A stretch of 64,000 bases of DNA from Amoebidium appalachense (GCA_963693365.1 CAVNZM010000006.1:9675355-9739354); one strand, 5' to 3'. Shown: positions 46,385-59,636, counted from the first letter of the stretch. Notes: generated by a model from the sequence alone, not told the origin. Translations and numbers: made by a program.

Positions 46385-49300
46385 GTGCGTAGCGCATTTT
46401 TGCACATCGGAGAGGATAGTGTACAAAGTAGTGAGGTGGTTAACGAGAATTTTGTGCACGACCCTTCTCCCCTGGCGGGAAGTTGCAAGGGAAATAAAGC
46501 AATCACTCGAAAAACTGTGTCTTTTGCCCCCACCCATATTGTGATCCCGTCCACCCTAGGTGCAACCACCCCCACAGGTGTTGGGGAGGGGGAGGGTGCA
46601 CCCGGGAAGGAGGGTGTTATGTCGGTTCAGGATTTTGTGGATTTGAAGCAGGCACGGGCAGAGGGGTTGGCGGGGCTGGCGGGGCGCGTGCATCCCACCC
46701 CCAAAGAACCATCTGTGTGCAAAGCGTCTGCTAAGGGCTCTACCTCTTGTTTGCTTGCCACTGTGAGGTTGCATGGGCACCTAGTTACGGTGGTTGTGGA
46801 TACCGGTGCTAGCCATTCATGCTTGCAATATGATTTTGCGCTGAAATTACCATTTGCTACGCGTAAGCGCATTTCGCCGGTTCACAACTTTAGTGCTGTT
46901 GGTGCTAGCGGGGACACCTTGCCATGTGCAGGCCGTGTGGGTTTGCACCTGCAGGTGCCCAACACAGAATGGAGCCATGTGCAAAAGTTTCATATTTTGC
47001 GTGGCCTCCCCTATGCAGCCTTGCTAGGCATGGATTTCTTGTTGGGTTTCGATGCACAGATTGACCTGTTGTATAGGCACTTGCTGCACAGGCCTGCCCA
47101 CGGCCAGGCAGAGTGCTATATGCCTGTTTGGTGGCTTGGGGCGGGGGTGCGGGGTGGTGAGGTGGCAACACTTATCACCACCACCGGCGTGCATCTCCCT
47201 CCTTTCAGGTCGAATGTGGCTTTGTGCTCGATGAAGGATGGGGGGGAAGGTTTGGAGGCTGGTGTGACGGGTGTTGTCGTACCCAGACCCACCTCTAACA
47301 CCGATATTCCCTTCCATCCTGCGCATAGTGTGCAATCACTCTTGTCTGTAAATGGCAGCCTCGGCTGCAAGGTACGTTAACAAATCTGACTGAAAAGCAT
47401 GTGTATTTGAAGCCTGGTACCCAGGTGGCAGCACTAGAGCCGTTGGTTGAGGGTGATATGCTCACTGTTTTGGTCGATGTGTCCGGGTCCCCAGCTGCAG
47501 AGAAGACTGGTGTGGAGGCCGTTGGGTCAGACTCACCGTCAGGCTCTGTGGGTGGGCAGGTGTTTGCTGCTGCTGCGCCGGCGGCTGCAGACAAACCTCC
47601 GACGGGTGGAGCCACAGTGGGGGGATCAGGGACCACTGGGGCTATTGGGGACAACATTATTATTGGTGAGGGTGGCCGCGTACACGCTAGTGTGCCTGCA
47701 CGTGTGTACAGGCAGGGGCGCGCGTGCACGGAGACTGTGCAGCCGTGGCTGTCAAAGAAGAAGGCCAGGGGCCGACTTGCTTTTGCAGCTAGGGCCAGGC
47801 ACCCAGGGTCGCAGGCGCCTGGTGCTCCAGCCCCTACCAGCACTAGTAAAGTTGCAGGTACCGGGCAGGGGCAGGTTTCCTCTCCTCAAAACGAACGTGT
47901 ACATTCCGATCGGAATCTCGAGTTCTCATTGGCTGAGGGTACCTTCGGGCCGGCCGCTTCATCCTCTGAGGGAGGGGTTGGGCTGTGGCATATAAAGGAG
48001 GACACTCAGGGGCAGTGTGAGGGAGTATCTGCCGGGGATACTGAAGCATCTGGCCCAGGGGAAGAGACTGATGTGCAGTGTGCAGGGGCCCGCCATGCAC
48101 GAGGTCAGTCTGGTGGTAGTCAGCCGGGCGCACCAGGAGCCAATCAGATTGCAGCAGGGGTGAGCCACGGGCCCACAGCCTCTGCATCTGATGCCGACTC
48201 CGGGGTCACCGAGGATGAATTACCACCGGGCGTGGAGGACCCAGAGACTATCCCCCTTCCTGATCTGACACCTGCGGAGAGCAAGAGATTCGCTAAGCGC
48301 ATTTGGAGGTTGATTAGCAGATGGAAGCACGTGTTTTCTGCACACGAGCATGATTATGGCAAGTCTAATGTGGCAACGCTGAAGATAGAGCTAACCACAA
48401 ATGAACCACAGTATCGGCCTCCATACAAAATTCCACACCATATCCGGGATCAAGTGTGGAAGCAACTTCAAGTATGGTTGGCTGGGGGGGTCATTGAGCC
48501 TTCCACCTCTCCCTACTCTGCACCCATGGTCCTAGTGCGTAAAAAGGATGGGAGCGTAAGAGTGTGCCTGGATTTTCGGGAAATAAATTCATGCACTGTG
48601 AGGGATGGCTACCCCCCTACCCCGCATAGACACTCCTCTCGATGTGTTGCGTGGGGCGCGCTGGTTCAGTGTGTTTGACCTCTATGGCGGCTATCACCAA
48701 ATTGAGGTGGATCCAGAAACACGGCCTAAGTTAGCTTTTACTACGCCGTGGGGTCACTATCAGTTTTTTCGCGCACCTTTTGGGGTTACGAATATGCCGT
48801 CTGTATTCAGCCGCGCCATGAATACCGTATTCGCGGGCATGCTGTGGGTTCACTTGCTTGTGTATATCGATGACCTTCTTCTGTTCACCCCGGATTTGGG
48901 AAGTCACTTAACCCACTTAGAAGAAGTTTTCAGGCGGCTGTCCGCGGCTGGTCTAAAGCTAAAGGGGTCCAAGTGCCACTTTTTCCGTAGAGCGGTGGCG
49001 TATTTAGGCCATCGTGTGGGCAGAGATGGTATTAAGGTTGATGACCGGAGAATCGCTGTGATACGCGATAAGCAGGCACCCACTTCTGTGTCCGAATTAA
49101 GGAGTGATTTGGGTCTGTTTTCGTATTACAGAAGGTTTGTTCCGAATATGAGTGACCTGGCCGAGCCGCTAACGCGCATGTTGGGTGATAGCCCACAGGA
49201 TAAGCAGTTGCGCAAAAAGATTCACGGGAATGAGCCCCCCACATCTAGTGCGCGACGGAAGCGGAATGGCACGGCCAAGGAGAAGGCTAGGCTAGCCCGT

Positions 49301-51644
49301 ACTGCTGCAGCAGATGAAAGCACAGAGGTTATTGGGCAAGCCGAATCAGAGGTTGTGGTGAGTGCACCGGGCGAGAATATTCATGCGAATATTTCAGCGA
49401 ATAATTCGCGCACACGTGCGAATACGCGCAAAAATGCCTATTTTGTGTGGGGTGAGGAGCAGCAACGCGCATTAGATGCTCTAAAGCGTGCTCTCACACA
49501 TGCCCCCGTGTTGGCTCATCCAAACTTCGACAAGCCTTTCATTGTGGACTCCGATGCTAGCAATGTGGCGCTTGGTGCGGTGCTGTCGCAGGTGGGAGAT
49601 GACGGGCAGGAGCACCCCGTTGCTTATGCCTCCCGCACGCTCAGTAAGAGCGAGCGCAATTATTCCGCCACCAAGAGAGAGGGTTTCGGCATCTATTGGG
49701 CTGTGTGCAAAGCCTTTCATCAGTATACCTACGGGAAGCCATATATTTTGCGCACAGACCATTCTTCGCTGACTTCCATATATGGTAATGGGGATGCCCC
49801 CGAGCCCATTGTTGCTTGCTGGCAGATGGTCCTGTCTGCATACACCTATGACATCCACCATCGTGCTGGGAATGACCAAAGCAATTTTGCACGGCATTTC
49901 ACGGCCTTCCAGCGCGGATTTGGTGCCCAGCGAAGATGATCCGGATCTGACTTTTCCTTCGCTGATTGGGTGTGTGCACGGAGATGACCACAGTGATTTT
50001 GTGCCAGACACCGTTGTGTTTCCTGCGCTCGTGGTGACGCGTGGGCGGGCATGTGCGGACGGTGGTGCTGAGGCACCCACCCACAAACCCGCGTCAGCGG
50101 CGCGCACGCAGAAGCGCAAGCGCACGTCAGGGGTTAAGGGTGGACCGGGGGAGGGTGTGCATGCCACTGCCAACCCCACCCCCACCCCCCTCTGGCTGAG
50201 CATATCTCTGATGCTGCACGTGATCATACCCATGGGTTGAAGGTGAATACTTCCCGCGAGTTACGCGCGCTTACTATCCCACAGTTGTCGGGTATGCCTA
50301 CTGTGGAGGAAATTAAGGCGGCGCAAAATGCAGATCCGTTTTTGTGCAGTATTCGTGATTACCTCAGCAACCCCACCGCGCCGGCACATGTGGATGGAAG
50401 TGTTGCTTTAGAGGCAAGCAGGTGCACGGTTTATAAGGGGGTGGTGTATGTGTGGACACCGGAGCAGCGTGCGACTCGTCGCCCTACCTGTGCTTGCGGC
50501 TTGCAACGATGCCCCTACAGCCGGGCATCTTGATGCCCAGCGCACGTTTCATCGCATTTGGTCTTCGTTTTGGTGGCCGGGGATGTGGTTCGATCATCCA
50601 CCCACCGCAGAGGATATCGCCAATGCTATCCACAACTATGTTTTCGCGCGACACGACTACCCGAGTTTGTGCTGTCGGATAATGGGTCGAATATTTCTGC
50701 GCAGCTGGTTAAGGATGTGTTAACCCTCCTAACTAGTCGCCAGATCCTCGCATTACCCTACTCCCCCCAGACAAATGGGCTGGTTGAACGGTTCAATTGC
50801 ACCCTTTAGAGTATTCTTGCGCAAGTGGCTACAGATAAGTTAACAGAGTGGGACACGTTTTTGCCCCAGGTGCTGTTTGCCTACCACACGGCTATGCACT
50901 CCGCACTGGGCGACAGTCCTTTCTTCCTTTTGTATGGCCGGGACCCCCGTGACCCCTTTGTGGAGAAACTGGGCCCCGAGTACAGCGGCGCCACTAAGGA
51001 GCATCGGTATGCACTCTGGGAGCGATTGACCTATGTGCGCGATGTGGTTCGTGCACGTATGGTTACCGAGCAAGATCGGCACCGCAAATCAGCCAATCAG
51101 AGGGCGCGGCCTGTTCCCAATTTGGCAGATTTGGTGCGCCAAGCTCGACAACATCCTTAACAACAAGAAGGTGGTTGATGGTGATGGTAACCAGCTGTAT
51201 GAGGCTGCTAGCCTACGGGACAAGTGGGTGGGGCCCTACCGGGTTTTGCGCAAAGTCGCGCCACTTACCTACGATATTCAGCGGGTGGGGACACAGGATG
51301 TGGAGCGTTCGCACGCTCGTTTCCTTAAACCCTATGTACCCCGCACGGATGGACCCCCTACCCCACTACCTGAGTTCCGTGTGGCAGGTGACGCTGTGAC
51401 CGCGGAAGTGGCTAAGATTACTGACCATAAATGGGAAAATGGACGCGCCCTCTACAAAGTTCGCTGGAAGGGGTTTAAGGCCACCGATGATTCGTGGGAG
51501 TCACATGCAAACTTGTCTGAGTCGGCCTCGGGTGCCTTAGCTGATTATTTGCAGCAAGTGATTCGGCCCCCCAGTGAGGAGCCAATCAAAAATCAGCGCA
51601 AGGACACCCAACAGCATGTGCGCAAACGCAGACGTAAAGGTTGA
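46385..51644 (+). pseudogene. pol: Gypsy pol (protease, RT, RNase H, partly deleted integrase, chromodomain), fragmented
   Basis: VVVDTGAS protease; RT SPYSAPMVLVRKKDGSVRVCLDFR, DLYGGYHQI, PFGVTN, YIDD; RNase H DSDAS, YASRTL; integrase SDNG, PQTNGLVERFN; GPY motif; chromodomain YKVRWKGFKATDDSWE. Multiple frameshifts and stops. Confidence 0.93.
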
Positions 51645-51741
51645 TCCCCCTTAAGGGCAGGGCATGTGGGCACTCGGTGCAGTTACCCTTCGTTGCCCCT
51701 AGGGAGGGGGTTGCCCTTCGTTACCCCTAGGGAGGGGGGAG

Positions 51742-52381
51742 TGTAGAAAAGGTTGTGTACATTCACGTGCACACCGTGCTGTTCCCCCACAATCAGTCTA
51801 CGTGCCTTTGTGTCTTATCGCCAGAGGCTGGAATAGAGCTTCGGAAGCAGCTACCAATCGGCTGCATCACTTTTAGCTGTATTCCTTATTAGGGCAGTTG
51901 CTCTGCACCTTAAGTATGCAGTTAGGAGCGATGCAAAGAATGTGAACACTTTGCCAGCATGTATCTTAGGTGTTCGGCACACACTGTGTGCCGTAGACAC
52001 TTTATTGGGCACTAGACATACACATGTAGCACTATAGTATAACGTGAAGCTATATTATGATCACCCAGGAGAAGCTCATGCACTCATGTATATGTCATGT
52101 ACTTTATTTTAAGTAGGGCCACATGCCTATTGGCTGTCGCCTTACAAAAGTATGCGAGCAGTGCTCTCCGGACCGGCAGAAACCAAGGGATTATAAAAGG
52201 CTGGTACATTCCAGACTTGGGTCACTTGGGCGGGACTGTGTGTCCGAGTAAACGTTACACTAGTCGTGCGGTGTCAGACTAGCTGTAGCACCCGCTTTCT
52301 TGTCTCTATACTTACGTGCTTCTCCTAGCCTGCATATGTTAACTAGGGCATAGTATTAGTGTATACACACCCTGGTTTTCA
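51742..52381 (+). repeat. Gypsy 3' LTR (640 bp)
   Basis: Direct repeat of 36016-36656, preceded by a polypurine tract. Confidence 0.95.
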
Positions 52382-53351
52382 CCCCCCCGCCCAAAAATTA
52401 AAATAAAAAAAATAATAAAAAAGACCCCCCCCCACCCACCCACCCACCCACACACACACACACTGTTTCAGGACTGTACGACCGCCCTCGCGAAAAATCG
52501 CCAATAACTCATTACTTCATGATAATGAACCTGTTCACAGACTGAGCATTTGTTGCACAAACTCACAATCCCTGTTCCACGACTGCACCCACAGAGATCT
52601 ATAAAATGCTCACAACCGTCATCAGCCACATCTTCTTCTATGACACCGTCACCGTTGCCAGCCACACTTTTGCACAAAACGCACTGGCTCGTACGCAGGC
52701 GGCCACTGCTTTACAGACTGACCATCCTCAGCATGGCGTTTGTGTTTTTCGTTGTGATTCCCACTGCTCTCGTGGGGGGTTATCTTTACATGATGCGTGA
52801 GGCCACCACAACGCAAGCCCTGTCGGTCAATGTGACGTCAATGGTGATGTCATTTATTTCGTTTTTTGCTACATTCCTGGCCTGTCTGTGGTTGATCTAT
52901 GGGTTTAGCTCGGCCGCAAGCTCAAAACATGTAAGAGCCCCCCCCCCTCCCCCCCCCCCCCCTCTCTCTCCCCCCCCCCCCCCCTCCCTCTCCCCCCCCC
53001 CTCCCCCCCTCCCCCTGCGCGTGCGTCCACATCCCCTGAGTAGTTCCCAACGTCTGTTTGAGCCACGAAACAGAAATGATGGTGAAGGACTAGTCAACCA
53101 TGATGCACCACAGTGGCCTAATACTATGAAAAATTAACTCATTCCAGTGGATTGCACCGACATCGAGCTTCACAGTTGATTTCATATGATCTTTAAACCT
53201 CCTTTCCCTTCCTCCCCCCCATCTCCCCACCCAAATCCCTATGCATCCCTATTCCCCCCTCACTCCCGCTTTCTCCCTCTCCAGTCCAATACTCATCTCC
53301 CGCCTTCAACCTCCCCCCCCCCCCTCCCCCCCGAAAACACATACACACACA

Positions 53352-53440
<89 letters not shown>

Positions 53441-53980
53441 CCACAGATACACAATAATTTCAAGACCTATTCTGACCCCCCCCCCTCCCCCCCCCCCCTT
53501 CCCAATTCTCCGCTCTTCCCCCTTCCCCCCCCTCCCCACACCCCCCCAATTATATAAAAATAAAAATAAAAATGAAACTAAAAACAAAAACAGATGAGCT
53601 CAGCAAGGGTCTATCTCTCTGCCAACATTTCGGCCCCAATCGTGCAACGTCCGGCCAGAGGCAAACAACAAGCCCATGACCCGGCAAGCTACCATCACCC
53701 ATAAGATGCAGCAGGGGGTTGCAAGGAGTGTGCTGCAATTTCTGACGTTCCTGGTCGTCACCAACATCGGCGTATTTGCACTTCTGGTCTACTACTCTGG
53801 GGTCTATCTCTACATGGCAGAGTATGGGGGGAAATATCATACTCTACCGGGTACGTGATGCCCCACTCAGTTTCACTTTGAGCTTCCTTCTGTATTTTCT
53901 GTTTTTTTTTTTTTTTCTTGCCACATGCAGGTCACAGAGAAAGGACTCCCCCTCCCCCCCCCACATTCCCCGCCCCCATT

Positions 53981-54011
<31 letters not shown>

Positions 54012-54403
54012 CGCCCCATGGCCCCCCAAAAAGAGTAAAATGAAAAATAGAAAATAAATACCGATAACTTGAATAAAAAGTACTCGAGCTCAAATAAACA
54101 TCAACACCGGTTACCTAACGGAGCTACTTGCAGAACTCCACCGGACTATTTGGCTACAGCTCACACGACTCCATCTACGTGCTCCAATCACTCATGTACA
54201 TAACATTCTCCTGCGGCTGTCTGTTCTACCGATACCCCTGGCCCAGAGGGGAGATTTTTGTACCGGCCAGCTTTTACAGCCCCAACCAAAACGACACCGT
54301 GGTGGGTGAGGGCCACTTTGGGGGGGGTCACGAAGGGCACCCTCAGGAATGATGGAAAGAAGGTCGAAGTGGCTACAAAGACGGTACCCCCTCCCTCCCC
54401 TCC

Positions 54404-54434
<31 letters not shown>

Positions 54435-55919
54435 AAAAAAAAAAAAACATCACATTTTATATCACTTAATACCCCCCACCCCCCCCCCCCCTCCCCCCCC
54501 CCTCCCCCCTCTCTTCCCCCAGTGCCCCTTCCCCTCAGCCCATTGATCGGTATATCTATATTTGTTTCGGTAACCTCTGGAGTCAAGTCCCGCTACCCAC
54601 CTTCCCCCCCCCCCCCCCCCCCCCGGGGGGGGGGGGGGGGGGGGGAAGGTGTCCTTTGTGCTTGACCAGTATCAGGGTATAGGAGGTGAACTTCGTTATT
54701 ACACACCTTTAGCAAAATGCAATGAGTGCAAAGAGAAACAACGGTTAATCCGCGTTGAATCCCCCTCACTGCCTCTACGAAACACATTACACGTTCTTGT
54801 ATGCAAACCACATAAAAATCCGTCTCTCCTCCCCCTCTTTCTCACACGATTCTATAAACCCCACAGCTGAAAAACGGCAACTTGTGGCGTGAGGGTGAGA
54901 GAGGCCTATTGGGGGAGGCCGAGATGCAGCGTCTGGTCCATCACCTCTTCGTGCTCCAGTAACCCCTCCCCCTCCCTCCCCCCCTCCCCCCCCCCTCCCC
55001 CCCACAAAAAAAAAAAAAAAGCATCCCCCCCCCCCCCCCCCCGACTCTCTTCTTCAAAACCATTCCCCCATCTCCTCACAAAAAACACCCCAGCTCTGCG
55101 CACATGCAACCCCTTGCCTTCAACCCCTCCCCTCCTCCCCCCCCCCCCCCTCCCCCGGCCCGCCCGCCCTCCCCTCTTCTTCACCCTCCCTCCTCCGCTT
55201 GCTGCCTTGCCCTCTCATAGTATCAACCTCCCTCCCTTAGATCCGCCCCCCTCCGATACCCTCCCCACTTCCCCTGGGTCACAATCGTCAAATTTCTGCC
55301 TTGCCAACACACACTTACACCCCCCCTCCCTTCTCCCCAAAAAGTTTCTTAATCAATCTTTCATAGTTGCATGGTTCCTTTCTTATTGGCAACATGGGGG
55401 GCATCCAATTGATTATTGCCGCAAATTATTTGTTGCGGTTGTTGTTACAAGTAAAGCTGGGAAGCATGGAGAAAAGCATCAACGTTGCACCCATGAGTGG
55501 CTTGCCACGATTCTTCAGCCTTAGCCGCCCCCCTCCCCCCCTCCCCCCCCCCCTCCCCCCCCCCCCCCCCCTCCCCCCCCCCCCCCCAAAAAAAAAAAAA
55601 AAAAAAAAGAGAAGAAACCCCCCCCCCCCCCCCCCCCCCCCCCCTTTCCCATCCGCCCACCGTTGCCCCACACTCACATATGCTTGCTCCCAACACCCCC
55701 ATCTCAAACTCGAAAGCACACGGTATTTCTGTCTTAAACTAATTTTGTGTTGCAACGAGGTGCCTCGGGGTGTCGTGTGTTGGGGGCCAACTGTGCATGT
55801 TCACGGAGTTGACGAGGGAGGGCTCCCTTTGAGATGCACTGCTGCAGAGGAAACAGAAGAACTCGGGTTATGCCCCCCTGGGCCTGTATCAGAAACTGTG
55901 CCTGGCATGGCAGGTGTGT

Positions 55920-55950
<31 letters not shown>

Positions 55951-56024
55951 GGGGAGTGGGGGAAGGGGAGGGGGAGGGGGGTAGGTGTGGTTGGGTGTGG
56001 TTGGGTGTGGGTGAGGAAGCGGGG

Positions 56025-56109
<85 letters not shown>

Positions 56110-56346
56110 CGCGCGTGCGCGCGCAAGAAAGGTGTGTTTCTAAGTGCAGAGAAGGTTTGACATTGGCTTTCGGTTATAATCTTCACCATAGCAGTGCAGG
56201 TCCAACACATTATTTAGTGTGGTTTGCCCACCCGGGGGGGGAGGGTGAAGAGCACCTGTTGAATGCAAACGTCCTGAATAATCAAGTTCGCGTCGTTTGA
56301 CACTCCCTCCCTCCCCCCACCCCCCACCCCCCACCCACCCACCCAT

Positions 56347-56414
<68 letters not shown>

Positions 56415-57196
56415 CTGCCATTCCACACAGGTGTCTGTGAGCATGTCTGCGCTTGTGTCCAAGCACACCGTGCACCGTGATCTTGCCCCTCGCAACGTCT
56501 TTGTGGGTGCCTTGCCTGCCACTGACCCCCAGCTGGCATTGGTAAGCCCCCTGATTGGTTGGCTCCCTATTACCATTTTTGATTCCTGCTACCGCTAGCG
56601 ACCATGGCTTATTCCTCCCCCTCCCCCCCCCCCCCCCCCCCCCCTTCTCCCCTGTTCCTCCCCTTCTCCCCCCCCCTCCCCCCCAGTTCCCCTTCCCGCC
56701 CCTCTATCCACCTCTTCCTCTCTCACCCGTGCTCTGCTCCCTGAGAACTCCAACCTCCCCCTCCATTCCCTCCCCCCCTCCCCGTCCTCTTCCTCTCTTC
56801 CAGAGTGATATTATGTCCTTGTTTGGACGTCCCTGTCCTTTCCTTCATTCGTCTTTACCTCTCCTGCAGGTGTCCGGCTTCTCCCCCTTACTCCCACCCA
56901 ATGTGACGACAAATAAGAGCCCTTCCGATCGGAGCCCAGAGGTGTTCATTGCAAAAGTTGCCGATTTTAGACTGGCACGGCACATGAACACAAGCACAAA
57001 CTTATACCTGGATACCGAGAGCGAAAGGCTGCCTGCCCGGCGTGCACCAGAGACATTTCGCACACATGTATTATCGGAGAAGTCGGACGTTTTCGACTTT
57101 GGGTTTCTTCTATGGGACCTACTCACCGACTTGGGCAATCCGTTCCCTCAGTGCAACACAACACACACCATGGTCCAGTCCTTGGTGGATGGTAAG

Positions 57197-57236
<40 letters not shown>

Positions 57237-58470
57237 CAACACTATCACCACCGCCACCGCCACCGCTACCCACCCACCCACCCCGCACCCGTTCGTTTCC
57301 CCCGAGTTTTCCCTTTTCGTCATTTGCAATTCCCTTCGCCTCACACTCTTTTTCAAAGCTTGGAGCAAAGTTAGTTTTTTTTTTTTTTTTTTTTTTTTTT
57401 TTGTGGGTGCGGGGGGGGGGGGGGGGGGGGGGGGGGGGGCTTTGTGTTTGTTAGCTCACGGCCGTAAATCAACTTGTTCTGGCCCAGCTGTGTGGTTTTG
57501 AAAGGGGATAGGCGGAAAGCGGAAGCAGGGGGGGGGGGGGGGGAGAGAGAGAGAGAGAGAGGGGGAGGGGGGGGGGGGGGGTGCTTGGACAACAGAATCT
57601 TGAAAGGTCTGGCAGCCTCACGGCCAATGCATGGTACTTATGATTCTCCGGTCGAAATCATAGCCATAGATGCACATAACCACATGTCCCTCCCAACTCC
57701 ACAGGATACCGCCCAGAGCGCCCACCTACCCTCCCACTGCAGAATGAGGGCGTATGGGAGCTGATCACACAGTGCTGGTCCCCCAGTGACCATCTACGAC
57801 AAACATTTTCGGATATATCCCCGGTATTGGAACGGGAAATCCTCTCGTTGCATGAGTTGAATCGGTTGGATCGAAATAATGCCGAAACATGGGTCGAGTT
57901 TCATTCAACTGTTGCTGTGCGCTCCACAATGTCGCTGGACATCCCAGAGTACGTAGAGGTGGGCTTGAAGAATGATATCTTGGATTTCGGCCCAAATACA
58001 CGTGTGCATGTGATGGATACAACACAAGGATACGAGAGCGCAGACATCGTGCAAGAAAATACGTCGTACGATTACGACGATGCAGACGCACCAAATTCCG
58101 AATCGAACATGAATCGCACATCGACGCTAGACTCCAGCAAAGAGACCCAGGTGGATGTCGAAACAATTACAGACGCTTACCCTGAAAGTGTTCAATTGTG
58201 CGGCAAAGCACCAAAATCGGCTCAAAACCAGCCAATGTTCTCAAGCCGCTATGAAAATATGAACCCCGGCCTAAACACAATTCAGCTCTGCGATGTGGTT
58301 GAAGATTCAGTTCAGGGAAGCCGTGAACATACAGACAGATTCATATGACTACATGTACTACGTCTAAGTGGTCTAGGGGATTGTTACATCGACCATAACA
58401 TTAAGGTATGATGCACACCGACTAGATGCATGTGTATAAAATACCTACTTTGGTGTTGCTTTGATTCCCC

Positions 58471-58526
<56 letters not shown>

Positions 58527-59403
58527 GCGCGTGCGTGTGTGGAACACCAACACAAGTTGAACATGCTCGATTCCTTAGGCTAGCCTTGCAATGGGCGTAC
58601 ATATCTATTATCAGGGCAGCCTGAATACACACTTTATTAGCACACTCTATTAGTAGGTGCTTGTCAAAGACTCCTAGTCCGTTAATCTGGTGCATTCTTT
58701 TTTTAACCCTGCCTTCATTTTACCCTTTTTGTTGTTGTACGGGACTTCCGTTGCACGCTAATAAGTTTGGTGTTTGCAAACGGAAGAGTAAATAATCTAA
58801 TCTGCTTTAAGCTGCCAAAAAGTTTGTTTAGAAGGATCAAATATCAAATTTAATAAGGCCAGCTGTGAGTCGCCAACTATCGGCATACATATTGGGGTTG
58901 GCTTCGTTGAGATGTAAATACATTGATATTGCTTTGTAGCCTTTTAGAGTAGTTGCCTGGTCCACTATGTAGTCAGTTACTGTAGCCTTAGCACGGCATG
59001 TGCACGTGGCTACAAGTTGCAGCACTGTTGATATATGCACAAGAATTCATAGGCAACGGTTCGTTGTAGCATAAGTGTGTGCAGGCAATTTCGCTGTACA
59101 GTCGCAAAAGTATCAAAAAGTTTAAAATGTAATTTACTGGTTAATGAGCTTTTACACAATACATGGACAGCAAATCAGCCCGGCAGTAGAGGACTAATTC
59201 ACCCGCCAGTGGCTCGTGGAAATAATGGGCAGCCAGACTGTGGGTTTGTTGGACCGATTAAGGTACATATGGAATTTATTTGGCCATGGCCCTCCGCTCA
59301 GTGTCTCCTCCCAACACGTGCACGTGCACCACACACATGTACACACGCAAACGCACGCGCACACACTGTGTCACACACAGTGTGTCACACACACTCACAC
59401 GCA

Positions 59404-59446
<43 letters not shown>

Positions 59447-59536
59447 ACACGAACGCGTGCACACACACGTGCACGCCCACCCATGGCCACCCACCCACCC
59501 ACCCGCCCACCCACACAAACACACACACGCACATGC

Positions 59537-59636
<100 letters not shown>

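Larger units (their letters stand above)
36016..52381 (+). mobile_element. Ty3/Gypsy LTR retrotransposon with chromodomain integrase, degenerate, in intron 1 of the 7TM-kinase gene
   Basis: LTRs 36016-36656 and 51742-52381 (TG...CA; the 5' copy ends TA). PBS TGGCGACCGCAGGC just after the 5' LTR, PPT AGGGAGGGGGGAG before the 3' LTR. Domain order gag-PR-RT-RH-IN-chromo. Flanks are C-runs. Confidence 0.95.
35352..58348 (+). pseudogene. 7TM (GPCR-like) - tyrosine kinase fusion gene, disrupted
   Basis: Exons ~35352-35633, 52472-52930, 53594-53850, 54134-54383, 54867-54958, 55760-55913, 56431-56541, 56870-57191, 57705-58348 (9 located; ATG inferred). Seven hydrophobic segments precede kinase motifs GEGHFG, VATKTLK, EAEMQ, HRDLAPRN, KVADFRLAR, LPARRAPE, KSDVFDFG and CWSP...RQTFSDI. 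In-frame TGA at 52543 and 55830 and several frameshifts. Confidence 0.8.

Noticed and set aside
52543-55832. TGA recoding (Sec or Trp) rescuing the 7TM-kinase
   Set aside because: TGA is used as a normal stop in the BTB gene and the Copia ORF, and additional frameshifts and DFG loss point to decay.
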